Position numbers and translations under genes: made by a program. The notes under the pieces were generated by a model. The model did no database searches and had not been told where the DNA came from. It worked only from the letters and a program-made list of their open reading frames with translations. From Ginglymostoma cirratum (Eukaryota): DNA of 64,000 bases. Below are positions 25,926-39,449 of this stretch, piece by piece (the stretch's first letter is position 1; each line of letters begins with the position of its first letter). The stretch covers positions 45,845,151-45,909,150 of the forward strand of contig JAHRHZ010000144.1 in assembly GCA_024137785.1 (NCBI GenBank), in the 5' to 3' direction.

Positions 25926-28199
25926 TGGGTCTGTCTTTTAACCACAAAAAAGAATAGTTTTTGAAATGGGACAGATTTGCACCTAAATTATATTAGTGAC
26001 AAATATCATTTAAAGAATGACACCAGTGCCTTAAGGAAAACCGTACATTTGAATATGAAAGTACCTGGTACAATCTGTTTGCCTAGATATTTGTGGACTG
26101 AATATTTGCAAAAGAATCAGTCATTCACCATTAACCTGCTGCCATATATCTAGAGCCTATTACTTATAAAGTATTCTCGTGACTCTGATGAGTGCTGCAT
26201 GGACACTCCCCTCAGCAGCAGAGGTTGCATACTCGGAAGGTCCTGGGTTTCAGCGCAGACTGCTCACATAAATAATGACTCTCATTTCTCTAGTAAAGAA
26301 AGAAACAAGTTGACTCTTGGATAAAAATGCAGCTAGAGATAAATACAGTAGGACTTTCCCACCTTGAACCTGGAATCCTGTGATTGGCTCAGGTTGAAAC
26401 TGCACAAGAAGAAACATGAACTGAAAACTTTGAAGATGTCAACTGTTTAAGCTTCTTTCTCAAGTTAGTCTTTTGTTTACTTCTAACAGAAGGCACTTTG
26501 GTTTACAAATGCACCACTTTTTAAAATGTCTTGATACTTTATACATTTTCATCTTACGACAATGGTATGAAAATAAAGGGGTGTTACCGGCTCATGGATC
26601 CTTCATTTTGGATGTTACCCTTATGAGCCAGGAGCTGAATATGAGCTTTCATAGAATGACCTAAAGAGGCTATAATTGATCAGTCAACATTTACGTTCCT
26701 AAATTGTAAGTTCATTTAGTGCAGTTTTTCAGGTTTTATATGTAGCAAAGCACTAGGTTGTACATGCAAAATAATAGGACAGCTGTACTTCTACAAGGTG
26801 TGGATTCACGTTTCCTGAGCACAGCATATATTGTTAGTACGACTGACTGGCAGTGTCTGAAATTAAGAACTGTTTCAGTAGAGAATCATACTACTTTGTT
26901 TGCTATTGAACTGAAGATTTTGTCCTTAGGCAGGACCATTTTTAAAAGAGTTTTGTATCCTGGACACAGATAATGCAGGCACTGCCTCATCGATCAGAAG
27001 TTTCTAGAATTCTCATTACCTTTCCAGGGGATGGCATAGTGGCATACTTAAAAGAAAACCTGGATTTTAAAGAATAAATAATTGTGGAGGAAATGATGAC
27101 AAAGAAATTAAGAACATTAATAAAAATAATAGGACATAGAGTGGTTAAAACTACTAAATGAGGGGATGAGCTTTAGGAATTAGATAAAAGGACAAAGGAA
27201 ACTTATATTCAACCAATCATTCAGTATGTCACAAAACTCTACATCTTTCCCCTAAGTGATTGCTTATGAACACTGTTTTGCTAAATTTATTACTAGTTAC
27301 TAAAGTAGTCCACTCAATAATCTTCATTTCTTTGATTTGGAAATTTTTGTCATAATGGAAATTAATTTATTTGTGAATAATATAAAATTGCATGTACCAT
27401 ACTTTCACAGACCGTGGCAATTATACAAATCAAACAAATCATGGCATTAAACTAAACAATGGCTTGTAGTTAAACTGAGCAATTCAAAGTGGTACAACAA
27501 TTGATGAACCCATTGCATTTTGCTGAAACATGACCTCATCTAACCGCTTACTGCTTTGTAAATAGACTGTCCTTAATATGGAGAGTAAATCTGTACTAAG
27601 CCTATATATGATTTAATTCAGCCACCCAGCATCTGTTCACATAGACAGTGCAAAATGCTTGATAATGATTGTTACTCTCCAACATGTGAAAACTGCTTTA
27701 ATTTTTTTTCTACGCCTGGATTTTAATACAAATTATGCTACATACGGTTTATTTAAGTATATTACACAACTGTTCAAGTCATTTTGTAAAGAGCTAAGCA
27801 ATTCAGTTTCTTTCAATACTGTATGTAGTTTACTCCATTTACAATTATAGTCAATATTTACAGTGTCCATTAGATGTCAGATATATAGACCAAGGAGTTT
27901 CTCATAGGTTCCAGTTCTCAGTGTACCATGGCTGAAGGATGCTAAGACGGTGATATTTCCTTTGTACCTTTGCAGCAGCTACCCCAAAATTCCTTTAATA
28001 TGTCATCCTAGACTAAGCAATGTGTCAGCTAGCAACATTCAGTTGTGAACAACTCTTTGCACTGGAAGTCATCTTTTGTTGGCTGATGTTTATATGATTC
28101 AGGTGAATCCCTGGAAGTACAGCACAGAATCCTGATTTATGTCACTGTTTAAAAACTTGAAGCTTGACAAAAATCTAAGTCTTTTCCCAGGTCTACTTT

Positions 28200-31045
28200 G
28201 CAAAGTCACGTTCTAGAAAGAGGTGGACATGTGTAGCTACACTGTGTGCCTCTTCACCACCACAGCCCACCTTGAGGGCAGCATGTGGGTGGTTTAGACT
28301 CCCAGCATGCAGGAAAGATCTGACAGGGAGGGTCCTATTCACTGCCAATCAACCTACATGCTCACTTGAAAGTTCTGGTCATGAGGCATTCAGCCAGTTG
28401 CTTTGACAGTATTCCCTGGAAGCAATCCTACAGGTCCAGCATCTCCCTTTCTCACAGGGTCTCGAAGAACATTGTGTGGATCACTCCCTCGTGGACTTGT
28501 GGTCAAGGGTGTTTTTTGCAGCAGTTCCTCCATGAGGCGCTGATGTTAGGGCACATTCCAGTTAAATGAAACTTGACCAGATTCATCCCTTGTAACACTA
28601 GGGACAGGTAGATATCAGCATGTTGGTGTTTGTGTTCCAAGGGTCTACGCACAACCTGATGTAGCCACACACAAAAGTGGCCATCAGGATGAGGGTTACA
28701 TTAGATATGATGTTCCTGCTTTGTTTAGAAATTTGTACATCGTGTTTTTGGAGACACGGTCCATTTTTGATTTCCAGATAAAGCAGGAGATTAGGTTTGG
28801 GTGATAGCCACAGCACAGGAGTGGGACATGGGTCAGTCCTGCGCCATGTACTGCAATATCAAGAGTGCATCAATGACCAGATTCTTACCCACAATGGAGA
28901 GGAACATTGCTTTTGAATGCCCAGTTTCTATTTTACTATTGTTGCACACTCCTTCCAGGTTCTGGGGACCTGACTAATATTCAAAATAACATCAGGTAGT
29001 CGGATCTGAGGGTGCAGGGGTCAAAGGATTAGTTGCTCAGTCAAAAACATGGTTCCCAAGGCCGGTTTGTACTGGTCACAAATGTTTATCGTGGTGCACT
29101 GACAGTAGAAACTTTGACCCAAGTGCTTCCAGTGCCTGGGATTGTCACCACTCCTCTATCTTCTTCCTTCCTGATAGACTTGTCATAAGGATCAATATAT
29201 CAATATAAGGATCAAAACACAAATAGGACAGAGTGAAAGTTCACCTCTGATTCCAGATTAGATTGGAAAGCTTTCTGATATCCAATTGAAACTTCCATTA
29301 CTGATGTTTGTATGGAACATTGGGTCCAATCCCCAAAGCTTGGTATGCTGAGCACTTCCCTCATGGAGATGAATGATTTTCTGTCAAATTATCAGAGGTC
29401 TTTGGCTGCATACGCTGTAGGGCTGAGTACAGTAGATCCAGGGTAATCTTGACTCGTTTGACAGTGAGCTTGGACGGAATTTAGTGGTTTGCTTTAAAAA
29501 GTGAAATGGGCCACCAGTTTCTTATTTCCACCCCGTTTCCCCACCGGTCTGCTTGTATAATGTTGCCTTTCTGCATAGATTTTGACAAGTTGCCAGTCCA
29601 AGCCATCCTGTCATTCACTTTCTGCCACATCTGGTCAAATCCTGTCCTACAGAATTGAGTACAACTCAGTCACTAAACTGTCGTTTGTGAGAGTTTTACA
29701 CTTTTCAGCTGACCTGATGGTCAACTCGTCCAGAGTTGGTGCTTTGTCGAGAATTTGCCGCTAATAACAACAGTGTGTGATAGCGGAAGGGGAGGTCATT
29801 GGGCAGCACTGCCTATCCGGTTCACATCATATAATTCAGCATGAACAGATTTGCTGATTCTCAGTATATCAGACCGTGAGCTTTCTCCTTCGGGCTGCTG
29901 ATCACTGAGCTCTGTGTATCTTTGATAGAAGAAATGTGAACACATCTCATCTTGCACCATAAAGTAGAATCTAGACCAGAAGATGATCTTGGCATTCTAG
30001 AGAAGAGTCATGTCAGACTTGAAGCGTTAACTCTGTCTGTCTCTCTCTCTACAGATGCTGCCTGACCTGATGAGTTTCTTCAGCATTTTCTGTGTTTGTG
30101 CTGATGATATTGGAAGCCTGTGCAGGAACAGGGTGTGGGTCACTGGCTCTTCACCTTCTGGAGATCCTCTTTGACATTAACTCGCACTAACTATAGTAGG
30201 AGCACCTACTTGATGTTGCTGGATCTGGCCATGAACGTTCAGTACTCTATTCCACTCTGTTTCTCCTTGAAGATATTCTTGCTTCTGCCTTCCAAGAGCT
30301 GGGATGCACTGACCTCTTTGCTTTGAGATTGGAATGTGGCGACCTCTTTGATTTTTCCAAGATTTGGAGGTTGGATTTCCTCTCCTTTTTAGTGTTCAGC
30401 TGCCAATTCTGTAGAGGTCATCTTTGTCCTGCATTGTCTGAAAAGCAGCAGCCTCTGTTGTATATGTCGGGAGTGAGTCTCCTCTTGTCACTAGTTTGGG
30501 AATTAGCATGGCTCCTTCTTGGTCCTTCCTGCTCCATTTTCTCCATGAGCTGCCACTCCCGTGGCTCTTCCTCTGCTAGCTCCTTCTCTGTTCTTGTGAT
30601 CCACTGATGCTTAGGAGGCTTGGGAAACAATGTTGGTGTTTAGCAGTTTGCTTCCACATGCTTTTTTCTTCTTTCTTGTTCTTTTCTGTGTTCTCTGTCC
30701 TATTCTCCTCCGTGGAGGGCTTGGTCGGTGGAGGTCTCCTTCATGATAGTTGTGCTTACTGTTTGTCTGCATGTCCCTCACTGGTTAATGCTGCCTGCTT
30801 ACAGTCGAGGTAGTGCTTTGTGCATTAGTATAAGTGGTCTGTCTCACCACACAGGTTGTAGCGCATAGTCTGCTTGTGTCCTTTGTCTGATGGCCTTCCT
30901 GCTTGCAGTTCTTACAGATGACTGTGCTGCATTTTGTCACATTGTGGCCCGATTTTCAGCAGATGCAGCAAATTCTAGGCAGCCCAGTGTAGACAATGTA
31001 GCCCTGGCTTCTCCCAATAGCAAGTGAAGGTTTTCCTTCTCATCC
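28200..31045 (-). mobile_element. Decayed, internally deleted Tx1/L1-clade LINE (ORF1 zinc knuckles plus ORF2 remnants)
   Basis: Minus-strand peptides: GYIVYTGLPRICCIC*KSGHNVTKC..CKNCKQEGHQTKD (CCHC knuckles, ~30820-31030); EIRNWWPISLFKANH*IPSK (RT start, ~29470-29530); LSIVGKNLVI (~28870-28900); ILMATFVCGYIRLCVDP (ORF 28598-28816). Confidence 0.75.
29995..30100 (+). mobile_element. Penelope-type hammerhead-bearing fragment (family B), degenerate core
   Basis: CTAGAGA-A-GAGTC-ATGTCA-GACTT-GAAG-CGTTAACT followed by CAGATGCTGCCTGACCTGATGAGTTTCTTCAGCA; reverse-similar to 31063-31195. Confidence 0.6.
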
Positions 31046-31062
31046 GACTTCAGAGTGTTCTT

Positions 31063-31195
31063 ATAAAAACTGAAAGAACTGTGGATACTGGAAATCAGAA
31101 ACAAAAACAGTAATTGCTGGAAAAGCTCAGCAGGTCTGGCAGCATCTGTGGAGAGAAATCAGAGTTAATGTTTCGGGTCCAGTGACCCTCAGAAT
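31063..31195 (-). mobile_element. Penelope-type hammerhead-bearing fragment (family B)
   Basis: Minus strand CTGA-GGGTC-ACTG-GACCC-GAAA-CATTAACT then CAGATGCTGCCAGACCTGCTGAGCTTTTCCAGC. Confidence 0.65.
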
Positions 31196-31257
31196 AGAGT
31201 CACCCCAAACTGGCATTTGCTGGTCCAAATCCCAAATAGATCTTGATCTTCTGCTGG

Positions 31258-34100
31258 ACCATAAGACCATAAAGACCATATAGGAGCAGAATTAGGCCAT
31301 TCGGCCCATTGAGTCTGCTCCACCATTCAATCATTGCTAATACATTTCTCAACCCCATTCTCCTGCCTTCTCCCCATTGCCCTTGATCCATTCACTAATC
31401 AAGAACTTAGTTTTCTCTGTCCCAATGACTTGGCCTCCAAAGCCTTCTGTGGCAATACATTCCACAGATTAACTACCCTCTGGCTGAAGAAATTCCTCCT
31501 CATCTTAGTTCTTAAAGGTCACCCCTTCGCTCTGAGGCTGTGCCGTTGGGTCCTAGTCTCTCCTACTAGTACTAGTTCTCCAAGTCCACTCTATCCAGGC
31601 CTCTCAGTATTCTGTAAGTTTCAGTGAGATCCTTCCTCATCCTTCTAAACTCCATCAAGTACAGTCCCTGAGACCTAAACCGCTACATACGACGAGTCCT
31701 TCATCCCCAGGATAATTCTTGTAGCCTCCTGTGGACCTCTCCAACATCAGCACATCCCTTCCTTAGATATGGGGCCCAAAACTGCTCACAATATTACAAA
31801 TGTGTCTGACCAGAGCCTTATACATCTCTGCTCTTGTATTCTAGCCCTCTTGAAATGAATACTAACATGCTAATAGCATTTGTTTTCCTAACTGCCAACT
31901 GAATCTTGAACTAGGACTCCTAAGTTCCTCATATTTACTAATCCTTTTCCCATTTAAAAAAATGTCTGTGCCTCGATTCTTCCAACCAAAATGCATAACC
32001 TGACACCTTCCTGCATTGTATTTCAGTTGCTGCTACTTTGCCTACTCTCCTAGCCTGTCCCAAGTCTTTCTGCAGCAACCCCGCTTCCTCAACACTACCT
32101 GTCCCTCCATCTATTTTTGTGTCATTTGCCATCTCGGCAGCAATGCCCTCAGTTCCGTCACCCAGATCGTTAATGTATAATGTGAATAGTTGAGGTCCTA
32201 ACACTGACCCCTGAGGATCTCCAATAGTCACCAGCTGCCATCCTGTAAAAGGCTCCTTTATCCCTACTTTCTGCAAGCCAGACAATCCTCTCTCCATGCC
32301 AGTACCTTGCTCCTAACACCAGGGGCTCAACTTATTTAACATTCTCCTGTGCAGCACCTTGTCAAGGCCTTCAGGAAATCCAAGTACATCTCGTCCAATG
32401 ACTCTACCTTGTCTAACTTGCTTGTTACTTCTTCAAAGAGTTCTAAACAGATCTGTCATGTGTGACCTTCCTTTGACGAAGGCGCACTGACTCAGTCCTA
32501 TTTTACTGTGCAATTCCAAGCACTCGGCAGTCTCGTCCTTAGTAACACTATAAAATCTTACTGGCTTCTGTCTTCCTTCTTTCTTAAACAGGGGTGCTAT
32601 ATTACCTGTCTTCTTGTCCTGACTGCAGATGTTCCTGAAATATCACCACCAATGCCTCCCAAGTCTCCTTAGCTATCCCCTACGGAACCCTGGGGTGTAA
32701 TCCATCTGATTTATCTACATTCAGACCTTTAAGCTTCCCCAGCATCTTCTCCTTAGTGATGGCCGCTAAACTCTCCTCTCTCTCGCACGCGCGCACACAC
32801 ACACGCACGCACACACACACACCTCTCTGGAAGTTCTGCTATGTTGCGGAGCCCTCACTGTGAAAACAGATACAAAGTACCTATTCAGTTCCTCCATCAT
32901 TTTGCTCCCCATTACTACTTGTCCAGCCCCATTTCCCAACGGTCCAATGTCCAGTCTTCCCTCCCCCTTACCTCTTGCAATCGTCTTTTATATTACTAGC
33001 TAGTTTATTCTCATGTTTCATCTTCTCCCATCTTACTGCTTTTTTGGTTGTCTTCTTAACTGGATTTTAAAAGGCTTTCAAATCCTCTGGCTTCTCACTA
33101 ACTTCTACTACATTGTATGTCTTTTGCTTTTTTTTCTCTCCCTGGCTTCCCTTGTTAGCCATAATTGCCTCATCCTCCCCTTGGTATGTTTCTTCTTTCT
33201 TGGGATGAATTTCTGTTGCGTCTCCCAAATTATCCCCAGATCTTCCCTGCTGGGCTCCCCTTCCAATCAATTCCTGTCAGCACCTCCCTCATGTCTTTGT
33301 AATTACCATTACTTGATTGTAATACTATTACGTCAGATTCACGCTTTTCTCCCAGTCAAATTGCAGGGTGAATTCTATTGTTGGAGAGTCATTGTTCCCA
33401 GGGATTCCTTCACCTTCAGCCCCCTAATCAAGTCTGCCTCCATGACACATCACCAGATCCAGAATTATCAGTTCCCTCATGGGCTCTTCCACAAGCTGTC
33501 TTGTAGACATCCGCAAATTCCTTTTCATGGGAGCTGCTGGCAACCTGATTTTCTCAGTTCACCTGCATTTTGAAGTCCCTTGTGAATATTGTAATAGTGC
33601 TTTTCTTACTTAACTTTTCTATCTCCTGATATACCTTTTGCTTCAAACCCTGCCTACTGCTCGGAGACTGGTACATAACTCCCATCAGGGTCTTTTTTCC
33701 TTAATCTTTCCTCAACTCCACCCTCACAGATTTTACACCTTCCGACCCTATATCTCTTCTTCCTTTCAATTTAAATTTATTTCTTACTCACACCCTCTGC
33801 CCATCCACGTTTCAATAGGACATGTTTAGCTCTTCGATGTTTAGCTCTCAGCCTTGATCCTCCTGCCACCATGTCTTTGTGATACCCAAAGCATCATATT
33901 GATCAATGTCAATCTACACTACAAGCTCATTTACCTTGTTTTGTATGCTGCGTGCATTTGAGTGCAACACCATCAGCCCAGTGTTGACTGCCCTCCTTCT
34001 CATAGTTTTCCCCTTACCTACTGTGTCTGAATTTAGTTCTTGACCCGTTCCAGACACTTCGACCTATTACTTGTTCTGAAAACGTTAGTAACCACTCCCG
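31258..34100 (-). mobile_element. CR1 LINE, long decayed copy (endonuclease to 3' tail, internal deletions)
   Basis: (ACCATAAG)n-like tail at 31258; ORF 31938-32297 QGSVLGPQLFTLYINDL...ANDTKI; endonuclease start HSNARSIQNKVNEL at ~33925-33970. Confidence 0.85.
32784..32822. repeat. Alternating purine-pyrimidine (CG/CA)n microsatellite inside the CR1
   Basis: CGCACGCGCGCACACACACACGCACGCACACACACACAC. Confidence 0.85.
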
Positions 34101-34194
34101 AGCTCTGAACCACTACCACCACCACTGCCCCCCCTTCCCTTCACCTCACCCTCTGTACCCCGCCTACCTGCTGGCCAACTTGTTTAAAGTCCTT

Positions 34195-34600
34195 GTGACC
34201 TTCACTTACCTCAGTTTGCACCATCAATTCGTCAACCTTATTCCGAATGCTTTGTGCACTAACATAAGAAGCTTTTAAGTTTGATCTATTATCAAATTTT
34301 CCTACAACATGACATTCACACATTCTGTCCGTTCCTTTTATTTTCGGGTAACAAATGACCCCATCGCTAACCTGCTAACCTACCTTCTCCTTTACCATTT
34401 ATTTAGCACTATTACCACTATTTTGTTTAAAGCCCATTGCACAGTCCTAGTTATGTGATCTGTCAGGACTTTGGACACAATATCGTTCAGATAGAGCCCG
34501 TCTCATCGGAACAGTTCCCTCTTTACCCAGTACTGAGGCCAATGTCCCGTGAATTCAAACCCATTCCTCCCATACTAGTTTTTGAGTCATGCATTTACCT
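34195..34600 (-). mobile_element. 5' part of a second CR1 (ORF2 endonuclease start plus probable ORF1 end)
   Basis: ORF 34141-34323 LKASYVSAQSIRNKVDELMVQ is the CR1 APE N-terminus. Confidence 0.65.
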
Positions 34601-35743
34601 CGTTACCCCGTTGAACTCCTCCAGCACTTTGTTTTTATTCCTTGACCTCTGTATCGTTTCCAAACACATGAAAAGAATGCTGCACACACTCATGAAGGGA
34701 ATTATAAAGACGCATGGTCATATCACACTTTTGGTGCAATGATGTAGGCAGAAGCTCTGGACTATGAGGCTTTTCCAGCTATACCACAAGAAGTCAGTGA
34801 CTTCTGCAAGGAACAGGGGAAAAATTAGTAACCTACAAAGAATGATTCCTGATAAATGGGACTAAAGTGTTGTTGCAAAAAAATGAATATCGTAGTTACC
34901 ACATAATTAAGAATATGCAAATTAGAATTTTATCAGTTCTGTGGCTCAGTAAGCTAATTTACCTTAACTATACTATAATTTCCTTTCACTTCGTATTCCC
35001 CCAAAATGAACCATTGGTTTAGGGGACATTTTGCAGTTTATCAAAATATTTTTGAAGGCCTCCTCCAACCTAATTTTTCATGATGCATATATTTGTCTCA
35101 GCTGTTCTTAAGCATGGATAATCATGTGTTAATTTGTCTGAGTTGCCTTGAATGCCTTGGGCCTGAGATCCAAAGACTTGCCTTTCTCTCCTGTGAAACC
35201 TCATTATTGTCAGCTGGAGAGTGAGAACCTAAAGTCTCTAGCCACAGACTTACAAACAATATAGGCCTTGGAAGCTTGGAAGCAACCTCTTCCTGTTACC
35301 TTGGCAACACAGAACTGGGAGACTTCCACCTTCTGCTCTTTCAGAAGCCCTTGCATCTCCTTGCCATGCAAATCACACAATTTGATTTTTTTTGGATAAC
35401 ACAGAGCTTGGAATTATAATTCCCAATGAAGAGATATTTGAGGTTACCCCCTAGGTTTAAAAGCAGAAGCATAGCTAGATTACATAGCACCAGCGAACTA
35501 ACTGTGCAGATTGTGTGCTGTCTGACCATTTATTTGTATATTTGAGAGAAATAACTATTATTTCCCAGTTGATTTACCAACACTTAGAGAAAATTACAGT
35601 GGATATCATTGCTGTATACTGCCAACCTGGTCATTAAAATGATTCATAATCTGTACATAGAGCACCCCCTAGTGTTTAAATGGAATCATTACTGTTTTGG
35701 GCTTCTGAATGTTTAATGTTTTTCTCTTTCTATTTCGCCTCAG

Positions 35744-35818
35744 GTGTGTGGTGAAAAGCATCGATTTGAAAAGCTAATGGAACACTTTCGAAATGAAGAC
35801 AATAACATTGACTTCATG
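35744..35818 (+). CDS. FMNL2: FMNL2 exon (~ex10, 75 nt, phase 0-0): [25 protein letters not shown]
   Basis: cctcag|GTGTGT ... TTCATG|gtaagc. Confidence 0.96.
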
Positions 35819-36119
35819 GTAAGCAATAGATGAACTTAATAAATCTTACACCCTTCATCAGTTCTTTGTCACAACGTATTAACCCTCCAGGTGAATTTCC
35901 TATGCTGATATCCACTGTGGATATACGTAATTAGCAAAATGTTGCACCAGTCAATGTCTGTGAGGTTATAGTTATAAACTTTATCTTCAGGCATCTCAAC
36001 TTTTTTTTTGCTTAACAATGCATTATTTTTCTTTTGAATCTATGCAACATTGCAACTTTTTAAAATCATTAATGGATATTTTATGGGTGTATCTCACAAA
36101 GTTTGTATTTATTACCCTT

Positions 36120-38330
36120 CCTAATTCCCCAAAACAATGTGGTGGTGAGCCAGGTTCTAGCATGGCTGCAGTCCCTGTGGTTAAGAATGCTGTTCGAGGA
36201 GTTTCAGGATTTTGACTGGGTGAGAGTGAAAGAGCAACAATATTGTTCCAAATCAGCATGCTGTGTGGTTTGCGTCTGGTGTCCCTTCTTCTTGGTAGTA
36301 GAACTCATGGGGTTTGGAGGTGCTTTTGAAGGAAGCTTGGCAAGTTGTTTCAGTACATTTTACACATGGTACGTACTGTTGCACTCTGCAACTGTGTGGA
36401 GGGAATGAATGTTTAAGGAATATTTAAGGAGTTAATGTGGATGGGGTTTCGATGAAGTAGGCTTTTCTGTCCTGGATGATGTTGACCTTTTTTGACTGTT
36501 GTTAGACCTGCTCTCATCTGGGTTGGTGTAGACTGTTGTGTTATGCCTCACTACAGATATGTACTTTTCCTTTGAGGGACTTGCTCATGGTGTTATCACG
36601 TGCTGACATGTGACAGGATGGTAGCAGTCTCCACCTTCTGCCGAGGGAGAAGCATGTTTCAGTACAATAAATTACTAAACTTGAACCCAGATGTGCAAGT
36701 GCTTGTGATTGTGGTGATATGTAGATGTCAGGTGCTGAAGTAAAAGTTCAGTGAATTCTTCACTGGCTCATGTCTCATTCGTATGTTAAGGGATCGAGTA
36801 TAAGTATCACACCATGATAGTTGGAAGAAAGTCACCTACATGCCATGTCACTTCAGATGGTAATCCATCATATTCCTGACTTGTGCCTTGTAAATCTTTT
36901 AATTGGGATATCAGCTTTTTTTCAGATTTTTCAGCTTCTGACCTGCTCTGAACTGTAGCCACAGTACTTACATGGCTGGTCCGGTTAAGTTTATTGTCAG
37001 TGATAACGTCCAGGATGTTAACAGTGGCGGATTTAGTGATGGTAATGTCACTGAATGTAAAGGGGAGATAGTTAAACTATCTGTTGTTGGAAATGATTAT
37101 TGCCTGGCACTCGTGTTGTATGAATGTTACTTGCCATTTACCAGCGCAAGCCTGGATTTTGTCCAGGTCTTTCTCCATGTAGATATTGGCTACTTCAGCA
37201 ACTGAGAAGTCGTGAATTATGCTGAACATTGTACAATTAGCTCCACTTTGGACTTTTTGATGGAGGGATGGTCATTGATGGAGCAGCTGAAGATGGTTGG
37301 ACACTACTCTGAGGAATTTCTGATATGATTAAAGTTGAAGAAATGCAGTTGTCCGCTTTTGTGTAATGTATGGGCCCATTATGCTAAGATTTCCACTGAC
37401 TTCAATTTTACTAAGGCTCCTCACTATCGTTCTTGGGAAAAATGGTTTTGAGAGCAGTCACTCTCGCCTCATCTCTTGAATTCTGTTGTTTTCTTCCATG
37501 TTTGAACAAGGCCATAATGAGGTCAAAGCCAAGTGGCCTTGGTGGAATCCGAAACCAATGAGCGGCTTATTGTTGGGCGTGTGCTGCTTGATAACTCTGT
37601 TGATGACACTTTCCATCACTTTGCTGATGATGGACAAAGTTAGAAGTTACACGACACCAGGCTATAGTCCAACAAGTTTATGTAAAATCGTAAATTCTCA
37701 GAGCATCGACAGGGTAAAGGAGCAGCACTCCAAAAGCTTGTGATTTCAAATAAATCCGTTGGACTAAAACCTAGTGTCCTGTGACTTCTGACTTCATCCA
37801 CCCCTGTCCAACACCAGCACCTTCATATCCTGATGCTTGACAGTAGACAGATGGAGTGGTACTTAGCTGGCTTAGATTTTTTTTCCTGCTTTTCATGGTC
37901 ATGGTGTACCTCGCCAATTTAATATATCGTTGAGTTGATGCCAGTTTTGTAACTGTACCGGAGTAACTTGATGAGGGAAGTGGCTTATTCTGGAGCACCG
38001 GAATAACAGTCAGGATATTGTCAGGATCTGTATATTTTGCTTTATCCAGTGCAATCAGCTGTTTCTTGACCTGCTACGGAGTGAATGAAATTGTCTGAAG
38101 ATGGAATCTGTGATGCTGGGACCTCAAGTGGAGACTGAGTTGGATCATCTGATAGACACTTCTGGCTGAAGCATCAGCCTTGTCCTTACCATTGAAGAAC
38201 TGGCTTCATCATCTTTGAGGATGGGCATGTTCATGAATCACTCTCTTCCTATTAGAGTTTAATTGTCCACCGTACTCCGTAATTGGATTTGGCAGGACTG
38301 CAGAGTTTAGATCTGATCCGCTGGTTTACA
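36120..38330 (-). mobile_element. CR1-group (L2/Crack-like, clade unresolved) LINE, fragmented, with nested insertions
   Basis: Sequence shared with 41730-42565 and 45835-46510 (GTTTCAGGATTTTGAC; TGTCCTGGATGATGTTGA); interrupted at ~36550-36870 and 37631-37829. Confidence 0.65.
37631..37829. mobile_element. Penelope-type fold-back element (family C), decayed hammerhead
   Basis: Left arm GACACCAGGCTATAGTCCAACAAGTTTAT is the reverse complement of right arm ATAAATCCGTTGGACTAAAACCTAGTGTC; centre AAGGAGCAGCACTCCAAAAGCTT; CTGATG repeated on both flanks. Confidence 0.7.
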
Positions 38331-39338
38331 ATGTTTAAACTGTTAATGTGTAGAAAATGGTCAGAATTTGGTGGGGATCAATGAGAACCCTCTGCTGTGG
38401 GCTCAAACAGGGGAAAGAAAAACTGCTGTTGGATAAAATAATTGAATGATGTGGAGACTATTTATATCTGTACCACAAACCACAGCTATTTGCTGCATTG
38501 TAATAAAGAAGGTTGCAATGTGAATAATATTTCTTTCTGAGAATTAGCTGATAAAACATTGAAACTTAAATCTGTGATACTGGAGTTCCTTGACGTAAAA
38601 TGCTCTGTAATTCTGCATTATGGCACCATTTCCTTTATTGTTCAAACTTCTGACCATTGTCATTAATATAATGGAAGGAACCCAATTCCAAGTAAACTTT
38701 TTACTTCATTTATTGGGCTATTAACCACTTTAAGGTAACCTACATTCTTGGTTGAAAATGAAGACTTTCAACAATCTTTTGACACCCTGGTGGGAATGGG
38801 AGATCTCTTCTGCGTCCTCTCCTGAGCTCAAATGTCTCTTTCTCTCTGATTATCGTTTAGGCATAATAGTTAAAATGACTAATAAAACACTGGGTCTTTG
38901 AGTAACACCTGTAGTTATCATTTTACCACATGCCTAGGATTGCAATTTTATTCCTAAAGGTTTTCTTAACCAAATCATTCCAAACAAATACACACCAATT
39001 TGCACTTGAAAGACCTTGCGGTTTTAATGTTTTACTGATGTTCTCCGGATTCTGCGAAAATATTCAACAGGTTGTTTCAGAGAATGTAGTTGTTCTCAAG
39101 ATAATAGCACTCATTGTTATTGATGTTAACGCAGTTTTTAAAACAAAAACCAAATCATTATAACTGACAAGTGCTTTGAGTTATTATTACATTACTAAGT
39201 TGGATTATATGGTTTTCAATTCAAACTGAAAATTTAGTTATTATAGGATGAAGGTATGCTTTCTGTTTTACCAGTTGAATGTCTGAAGAGGTAATTCTAC
39301 CAGTTGTAATTTTTTTTTTAATCTTCTTTTGCTTCTAG

Positions 39339-39449
39339 GTGGCCTGTATGCAGTTTATTAACATCGTGGTCCATTCTGTAGAAGATATGAATTTTCGAGT
39401 GCATCTCCAATACGAGTTCACCAAATTAGGACTGGATGAATATCTGGAT
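39339..39449 (+). CDS. FMNL2: FMNL2 exon (~ex11, 111 nt, phase 0-0): [37 protein letters not shown]
   Basis: ttctag|GTGGCC ... CTGGAT|gtgggt; FH3 peptide. Confidence 0.96.

Noticed and set aside
33013-33573. 186-aa hydrophobic ORF
   Set aside because: It is the antisense reading of the decayed CR1 on the minus strand.
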